From: Candidatus Obscuribacterales bacterium
GTDB lineage: Bacteria; Cyanobacteriota; Vampirovibrionia; Obscuribacterales; Obscuribacteraceae
Length of the DNA stretch: 64,000 nucleotides
NCBI GenBank assembly: GCA_965228855.1
Contig: CBDDIJ010000005.1
Location: forward strand, 635,856 to 699,855
Reading direction: 5' to 3'
The notes beneath the pieces were generated by a model. The model saw only the letters and a program-made list of their open reading frames with translations. It had not been told where the DNA came from and did not search any database. A program made the translations under genes and the position numbers. How positions within the stretch are numbered: position 1 is the stretch's first letter; each line of letters begins with the position of its first letter. This document shows, in pieces, positions 18,193 to 27,100 of the stretch.

Positions 18193-21100
18193 CTACCATT
18201 GGAGGGCTACGGTTCTCGGCTTTGTGTGCAGTTCGTAGGCAGGACCGTTTGAAGTCATCTGCATGATCACTGCAGTTGTTTTCAGAACGCCGGCGCGAAC
18301 CTTCCGCGCTTCGCGGTGCTGCGATTGCACGATTGCGGCCAGCGGTTTGATCGCCTGAATGGCAGACGGAACGGAGAATTCACTGGTGAATGCTTTGTGC
18401 CCGTTGCCCAGATCATGGTGAGCCAAACCGCGGTGCATGACGGCTTCCACCGGATTGATTTCCGCGAACTGTTGGACGCTCGAATGCGTGACGATCGCAT
18501 GCTTTCCAGGTGAGAGCGGAATGCTTCTGCCGCCGGCTTCGATCACGACGCTGCGTTTGTGCTGATCATTAACGTCGTAAACCGATAAGTGATTTTGATC
18601 GACAACGACCATCGCCACTGAATCAGCAGCAATCTTAACTCGTCCCTTGGGTGTCACAACCGTGGTATCGGTTTTCGGCACAAAGAGAACGCTACCACTA
18701 TCCATCGTGACGCACTGATTGTGCGAAACCTTGCTCAGAGAGCTCATCAGGCTGTCACCGGATAGCTCGAGGTCGCTGCAGAGTTTGGCATCGACTATCG
18801 TAGCCGTCGGTTCCGAAGTCGACATATAGGAATCATCATGGCCGGGACCACCCGAAGGCACCGTCGCCAGGGTGACACCGCTAGCGGTGCTGGTCAATGA
18901 GGCAAGGCTATCTCCGCCGCTGAACGTTCCGGTGGCATTATTCAACGAGATCAATTGCATCGCTCGCATCTCATTATTCACTGAGAAAGTCGCGACTGGA
19001 TTCGTGATTGCGATCGGCGACATCGTCACCGAACCATCCAGTGAATTCGTGGACAGGTCGTTAAGGGCATTGAGCGTACCGGCTGCGGAACCGGCATTGC
19101 CGAAGGTCCGGATTGTCATCGGTGTTCCTTCTGCTACCGGCGGATCTGCAGTGATGATGTTATTGCCTTCGAAGACTATTGATTTCGGATTGAAGGTACT
19201 GACGTAAACATCAGCGCCCTGTGCGGTGAACACAATACCTCCGGAAACGGCTTGAGCCTTCTTGCCGCCGAAGAGAACGCTACCGCCGTTTTCAACGATG
19301 GTCACGAACTTCTTAGGTGTAGGCGTCTTACGACCTGGTGACTGTGGTGCGCCGAGTACGATGTTGATGTTTCCGAGACCTGGAGTCTTGGCGTTGGTGA
19401 GAACTGAAGAACCATTTCCGAAAACGATGCTATCGCGTTTCTTCGTTGAACCAAGCATCGTGATGTCGATCTGGTCGTGAGCCAAGATTGTGATGCCATC
19501 TGCGATGTCGAGAGTGTCTTGAGTCGCGGTGACAGCGAAGGCACCACCAGTCGAGGTGATGTTCTGGGTCAGATTCAAACCACCGTTTGCTGTCAGATTG
19601 ATGTCACCAGCTGCAGTGATGGCAACGAAGTTCACACCGGCAGTCGATGCGCTGGAGACAAAGAATCCATTACCCGCCGAGCCACCGATTGAAGAAACAT
19701 TCGCCGCTACAAGGAATGGATTATTGGCGTCCGTTCCAACATTTCCACTGACCGAGTTCAACAACAAAGTCGGTGTATTCAGCGTTCCGGTGATGTTGGT
19801 CAGGTCACCGTCCGTGGTGAGTGAAACGCTGGTAGTTCCATTAATCGTGCTGGTCAGGTCGAACGCTCCACCGGTGGCTAATGCGACAACCTGAGCGCTG
19901 TAGTCACCTCCGGAGACGAGATCGCCTGCGGTCGAAACATCAAGAGTGTTTGTCGCGCTGCTGGCGTTCAAAGTCGAGGCTAATGTGTTGGTGTTGTTCA
20001 CAAACACATTTTGACCTTCGACCTGGAAAGTGTTCGCGTTGATTTGCAGTCTGTTCGCGGCATCGACGCCGAGTGACGCGTTGGTATCGAGAACCACGAT
20101 ATCGCCGTTTATGACACCTGCACCGGAGCTGGTCACACCGTCGTCTGCAAAGACATTACTCGTACCGGTTGCGCCAATCGAGTTACTGACAGCTACAGTT
20201 CCATCAGCGACATTAATAGACAACGTACCAACAGTGAAGTCAGAATCAGTTGTCACAGCGCCACTGGTGACGTTGACATTCAATACATCCACGCCTTGCG
20301 AGCTGAGGATCAAGTCGTTAGCTTCGTTGATAGTCAGGGTCACGGCGTTGGCGGTGGTGGACAGGCGGTCGACGTTCGTGCTCAGGGTCACCGGACCGGT
20401 GGCGAAATCGAGGAAGAGCGTTCCGCCCTGTAGGGTGCCTGCAGTCTGCGTGATTGTTCCAGCCGAGCTGAGCTCAACATAGTTGCTACCTCCGACGCTG
20501 GCGTTGAGAACGATATCGCCGGCGGTGGTCGTCAATTCGACAATGCCTATGTTGAAAGCGCTCGTCGCCACAAGCGAGCCACCTGAGCTCACAACCAGGG
20601 ACAAGTCCGAGCCAGTTATTGCGCCAAGGTTGAGGGCGTCAACATCAGATACATCGACGGTACCCAGTCCACTGCTAGAGGCGTTGAGAGTAGCGACAGC
20701 CGTGCTGCCGAGAGTCGCCACGCCGTCGCCGACATTGACAGTCAGATTGTTGGCGCTTATCAGTCCTGGAGTCTGGCTGATCACATCGGTCGCTCCCAGC
20801 GCACCTGTGAGCACGACATTAGCCAGTCCGGCGTCAATCGTGGTGACAATCAAGTCGCCAGCAGTCTGGGCGCCGACTCCGAAACTACCAGAGAGCAATA
20901 CGCCATTCTGGACAGTGATTGGTCCTCCTACGATTGTCGGAGTCGCGACCGCCATGTTGACGTTTCCACTGGCGGTTCCACCGACAGTATTGATGGAGCC
21001 GACGGTGATCCCGCCCGGTCCGGTGATGTTGACATTGCCACCATTCACTGCGCCCGTGGTGTTGATCGTGTGAAGCACGATAGAGCCATCGTTCAGCGTG

Positions 21101-24100
21101 CCTGCGTTGGCGACAGCAGTGAAATTACCGCCGCTGCCAGCCCCGCCGTTCAGATTGATGGTGACGTTGGTCAAGTCGATTGAACCACCGTTGGCATTCA
21201 CTCCGGTTATCGTGAACAAGCCGGGGCTCTGGATCTGACCTGCAGTCGCCGGTGTGAAATCATAGCCCGCCATGAGCGTGAGTGAGCCACTTCCAGTTGG
21301 TCCTGAGAGGTTGATAGAGGTGGAGCCGGTCGTCGTGATATTTCCGGCAGCTAGAATTGCCAGGTTCTGACCGACGAATACCAAATCTGACGGAAGAAGT
21401 ACATCTCCGTTGCTATTAGCAATAGTGCCATTGTTACTGCAAACTATTACGAGCGGATTACCTGTGATAATGCCGTCGAAAGTCAGGTCGCAAGCATTAA
21501 TGGTAGTTCTGTTCACACCAGTCACAACTGCACCGGCATTCACGATGAAATTGTCTGGTTCCGCACCGACAGTAAATGCAGCCTCACCGGTTCCGTTCAA
21601 CAATATGTTTCCGGAGAGATTGATACCGGCTGCCGAGAGGACAGTGAAACCATTGGCAGTCGTGTAGGTGCCGCCGGTCATCGACAGCGCGCCGGCAGTG
21701 TTGAAGACGTTAATCTGATCGAAGTTGGCGCCGACAAGACTGGTCAGATTGCTAGTACCGAGACTCAACGTGCCAGTACCCGAAACGGCTCCATTCAAAA
21801 GTATGCTGCCACCGTTAGTGGTGTCGAGCGTGAAGAAGTCGTTTCCGGCGGTGGCCTGAACGACAACGGTTGAAGTTCCGGCGTAAACGATCGAGACATC
21901 ACCTCCACCTGTGGCGTTCGCAGTCAGAGAGAGAGGATTGGCGCCATTAGTGACGATGAGCTCATTGCCAGATCCACCGATGCCGCCGGAAGCGGCCGTC
22001 ACTGCCAGGTCTCCCGCCGTCAGAGTTCCAGAAGTTTGTTGGATGAAACCGCTTCCACCAGACGTGTCAATCGTCAGCAAAATAGCAGCATCGATGTCGG
22101 CGTCGATTGTCACATTTCCACCAGCGTTTACGATATTGACAAACGAGGCATCAATTGCTCCGGAGATTAGAACGTCTCCAGAAGCGATTTGAGATGCATT
22201 GAGAGCAAATGTTCCGACATCCGCTGATGTGACGTCGATACCATCGCGCTCATTGATAGTCAGTATCTGTGTACTGCCTCCGGTAGCAGTCACTGAGTCG
22301 ACATCTGTTACGAGCGTCACTGGACCGGTCACGAAATCAACGTTCAGAGCGCCACCGATGACGGTGCCGGACGTTTGAGTCAGACCCGCACCGGAGACCA
22401 ACGTCACAGAGTTGGTGCCCGTCACATTCGCATCGAGAGTGAGGCCGGTAGCACCATCAAGACGAACATCCGCGCCGGTCACTGCGATGTCCACCACGAG
22501 ACTGAGATTCGAGCTCGCAATGAAGGTATCCGTAGCCGCAGCGATTGTCTGTAAGTTCAACGCCGAGGTACTGGTGAAATAGACGGATCCGCCTGCACTG
22601 AGTGATGCGGTTGAAGCGTTCACCAACAGATAATCGGTAGATTCGCCGATCGAACCGAGCGCAGATGTGAGGTACAAGTCAGGCGAGTTCAATCCACCCG
22701 TGATATCAGCGTTGACGATGTCGTTCTGCGCATCCAACCGAATCTGGGTCGTAGCTGTCACAGCACCGTCAAGGTCGAACTTGTCCCCTGATTGCAGACG
22801 GACAGCGTTACCGGAGATGGCTCCGGTGCTTGTCAGAACACCGCCCGCGATGGCTTGGAAAACTTCTCCTACTGCGTTTGAAGCTGCCGAGCCACCAGGA
22901 CCGAAATTCATAGCATTTGCATCTTGAACGAAGACAGAACCAGTCGTGGCGTTCGCTGTTATGTTGTCGACATCGACCTGTAGGAAATCGAGACCAACAC
23001 CGATGTCGCCTCCAGTGGAGGTCAAATTGAGTTGCACGACTGGGATGCCGGCTCCTGAATCCAGACCTCCGACTATGTTAGCGTTCAAGATCGAGCCTGC
23101 CGACGAGAGCGTGATGCTGCTGGTTCCTCTGGTCAATCCACTGAGAACCAGGTTGCCAGTAGTTGCGGTCAGAGATACGTAAGCAGCAGAGACGGTACCG
23201 GACGAGGTCAGGTCGTTCACTGCGGTCACGTTGAAAGTACCAACCGCTGACGAAGCCGCCAGATCAACCGAATTAGAGTCGCTGACGAACGCATCTCCGA
23301 CAGATTGAATCGACAGGACAGCAGTATCCACCAAAACACTATTGCCGGAAACACCGATGGGACCAACGGTAGTGACAAGATTAATCCGTGGAGAGACGAT
23401 GTTGTTCATTCCGTCGGCAGCTACGATTCCGTTATCAGAAGATACTGTGACACTTGTCGTACCGGTCACAGCAGCATTTATCTGAACATATTGAGATGAT
23501 CCGGCTATAGCTGTGAAGTCGACGTCAGAAGCATTTACTGTCGAATCGACGGTGATCAATCCGTTCGCATGTAGACTGAAGACTCCCTGAGCGGAGGAGG
23601 CACCACCAACAGTGACAGCGCCGGCGTTCTCAACCCAGACGTTACCGAGTGCAGCATTCAAAGTCACTGTTGTGACGTTTAAAGAAAGCGGATCTAGAGC
23701 AGTTCCGATATCACCGTTGGTCGATGTAGCAACTAAGGTCGGCGTGATCAGCTGACCGAGACCCACGCCATTGAGAATGTCGTCACCGGAAGTGAGCGTA
23801 ATGCTGGTAGTGCCGCTTATCGCATTATTGAAAGTGAAACCGCCTGCCGTGGCTGTCAGGCTAACTGTCGCAGCATCGATAGTGCCATCATTAGAGATGT
23901 TCACGGGCGCTGAGGCTGTAAACGAAGTTGCCGTGGAGGCTCCAGGTCCGATGTTCATAGAGCCCGTGGTGTCGGTCAGCACAACTGTCGTAGCCGATGC
24001 ACTCACGTTTTGGAAATCAGCGGTGACATCTATAGTCGCGCCGGCATTGGTGGCGTTAAGGACAATAGTTGGTGCCGATAGCGGGTTGGCGAAGTTGGCC

Positions 24101-27100
24101 GTCAGGATATCATTGAACGAAATCAACTCAATTCTGGAACCGATCGTCACGGCGCCTGGAATTAAGATGCCACCATTCGCCGAATTCAGATACAAAGAAT
24201 CCGCCACTACAGTCTGGGCAGCCGGCACGGTAATCGTACCAGTTGACCAGAGAGCCAGGTCGCCGGTCACGGTGGACGACCTGAGGTCTATAGCACCACC
24301 GGTGTTGTTGAGATACGCATTATCAGCGCCAGCACTGATCGCCAGAGCGTTGAATGCGAATGCGTTTGCCTGACCTCCCGCCGCGCCGATGTTCCCGTCA
24401 GACTGCAGCACAAGCGATTGAACCGGCAGGCCCACTCCACCATCGAGCACGCCCGAAACTGTGCTTCCGTTGATATCTCCTGCCGAGGTCAAAGAGATTG
24501 TGCCGGCAGCGCGCACTCCACCGTCGAGATCGAAGACACCATTCGTCGCGGTCAAGCTCACCGAGCCGGTCGTCGACTGTATCAATGCGCCGGAGACAGA
24601 GCTCAAATTCTGATTGGCGGTAACGGAAATATCGTTCGCAGCCGAAGAGGCGAGGTAAATCGAAACGCTGTTGGCATCGGAGTATGTCACCGAGCCGGCG
24701 GAGTTGAACTGCAGTGAATCTACATCGAGCACAGAAACATCTATGTCGCCGGACGTTGTGGTGAGATTCGCAGCCAGAACATCGAAGGTGCCGGTCAGAT
24801 CCGCATCAACGATGCCGTTTCCAGAAGTTATGGCAATCGTAGTCCCAATCACCGAGCCCGGAATCTGCACATTCGCGGAAGTGGACGTCAAGTTGGTTAC
24901 CGGTGAAGAAATCGTGCCGGTGACAACGAGAGCGCCAGTTGCATCAACCTCGAAGACCGAACCGGAGAAATTAGTTCCGACGATGTTGAGCGCCCCGGTT
25001 CTGGTGGCATAAACAGAATTTCCCGGAGCTAACAAACTGCCAGCCGATGCCGAAAAGTTGTTTGCGTTTACGACAAAGGAGTCTCCCAGCAATCCGACAC
25101 TTCCAAACGTTGATGTAAGATTGAGAGTATCGGTAAATTGCAGACCGGTTGTAGCACTGTTGGTTATTGGACCACCAGAGCTCAACGTGACGCTGTTGGT
25201 ACCGGTAGTGGTGCCAGTGATTGTGAGGAAACCGCGCGGAGCAGAGAGCAGCAGGTCATTTGCACTCACTGTACTGGCGAGACCAATTACAATGTTTCCG
25301 AACTTCAGGTCCTCATCAGGTCTGGCGAGGTCGAATGTTCCAGTGACGACGCTGTTACCAATTAGATTCAAATCCGGCGAACCGCTGATAGCGTCTGCAA
25401 AAACATATGCTGAGCCACCCGTGTTGACGGTCAAATTGAGCGACTTCGTATTCAAGCGAGACGACGCGTCGGTTCCGATATCGCCGTTCGTGGAGCTGAG
25501 CGTCAAGAATTGCGCGCGGATCTGCGCTCCATTCACAGTATTCATGTCGGTACCGGACGACAAGGAGACGTTCGCGCCATACATATTGGCACCGATCTCC
25601 ATCAGTCCTCCGGCTGTCAAAGATATGTTCGTGATCGTTGGCGGAACGCCAAAGTCTCCAGTCCCGATAAGCCCGGAAGTGGTCAGATCATCGTCAGCTG
25701 TGACTATGAAGTCTAGTGAAGACGTATTAGTTCCGTTGATATTAACCGAGTTCGGGTCATGAACCGAAACGGTTCCGCCCTGGAGATTCAGATTGACGGC
25801 ATCGATATCGAGAGGATTTCCCATTCCTGAACCGATGTTCGCAGCTGCTTTCAAATTGATTTGGTCAGCGCTCAGAATGTTCGGGTTATTGTTTAAAGTG
25901 TTATCGTCGATAGAAGTCGCTGAGTCCAACGTGATCGACTGATTAGCAGTGAGAAGACTGAGTACCAAGATATTGCCGACGGTTGACTTGATAGTGACGT
26001 TCAGAGCATCAACAGTACCACCGAAAAATACCGCGGCATCACCTGTGATATTAAAGTTTTGCGGTGTCGTGACCGTGTTTGGAATTCCCTGAAAGCTCGC
26101 AGTGCCGGTTGCGGTAATGGTGATGTTTCCTGTGGTAGTCTCCAACGACTTGAGAAACAACACATCACCTCCAGTCGAAGTGATGTCGATAGAACCGAAT
26201 GCTGAAATTGTTCCGATACTGCTCAAGGCACTGATAACATCATTAGCTGTGATTTTGACATTGCCTGCGGTGCTGGTTATATCTCCGGCTCCAATTGACA
26301 TAGGACCATCTAAACTGATGTCACCGGGTGCTGTAATGTCGCCCAGAACTACCAGACTGTCATCGCCGGACAGCTTGACGTAGCCGCCGGTTGAGGTAAC
26401 TGGTGCACCTGGGTTCTGGATCATATTTGCCATCGATGTCAACTCGATGTTACGCCCAGCTGTCAGCGGAGCATTGATATCAAAACTGTTGTCTGTTGAC
26501 ACGAAGAAGTCGGTACCTGCGGACGAACCGGCCACAAGCTGAGTATCTATAGACGTCGCAACGTTGGAGACATACACGCCATTAGCAGCGATGAGCAACA
26601 GATTCTCGGCATTCGTAACCACCCTAGAGCCGAGTGAACCAATGCTACCGTTTGTCGATGACAGCGATAGGCTTAGGACTGGATCACCTAAATTGTTCAG
26701 CGCAACCGTTCCAAGCCCGTTAGCAGGAATGGTATTACCTGACGTGAGCGCAACATTTACCCCATACACCGCCCCAGTCAGTCCAAGCGAGCCGTTGGTT
26801 GCTGTGAGCGTGACGTTCGGAGCAGCAATGACACTGCTGGCGGTGCTCAAAATATTATTGGCCGCAATCACTGTGATGTTTGTGTTTGCCGACGCGTTAG
26901 TTATTGTTACCGAGTTCGGATCAACAATGTAGATGTCTCCAGCAGTCGCGGTGGCGCTGAGTCGATTGGCGTCGATATGCAACTGATTGCCCACTGAGCC
27001 AACCGACCCGGAGAATGACAAAAGATTCAATTCCGGCGACACGATCGTAGCGCCAGTGAAACTAGAATCGACTATCGATGCATTGGAAGAAAGGTTAATC

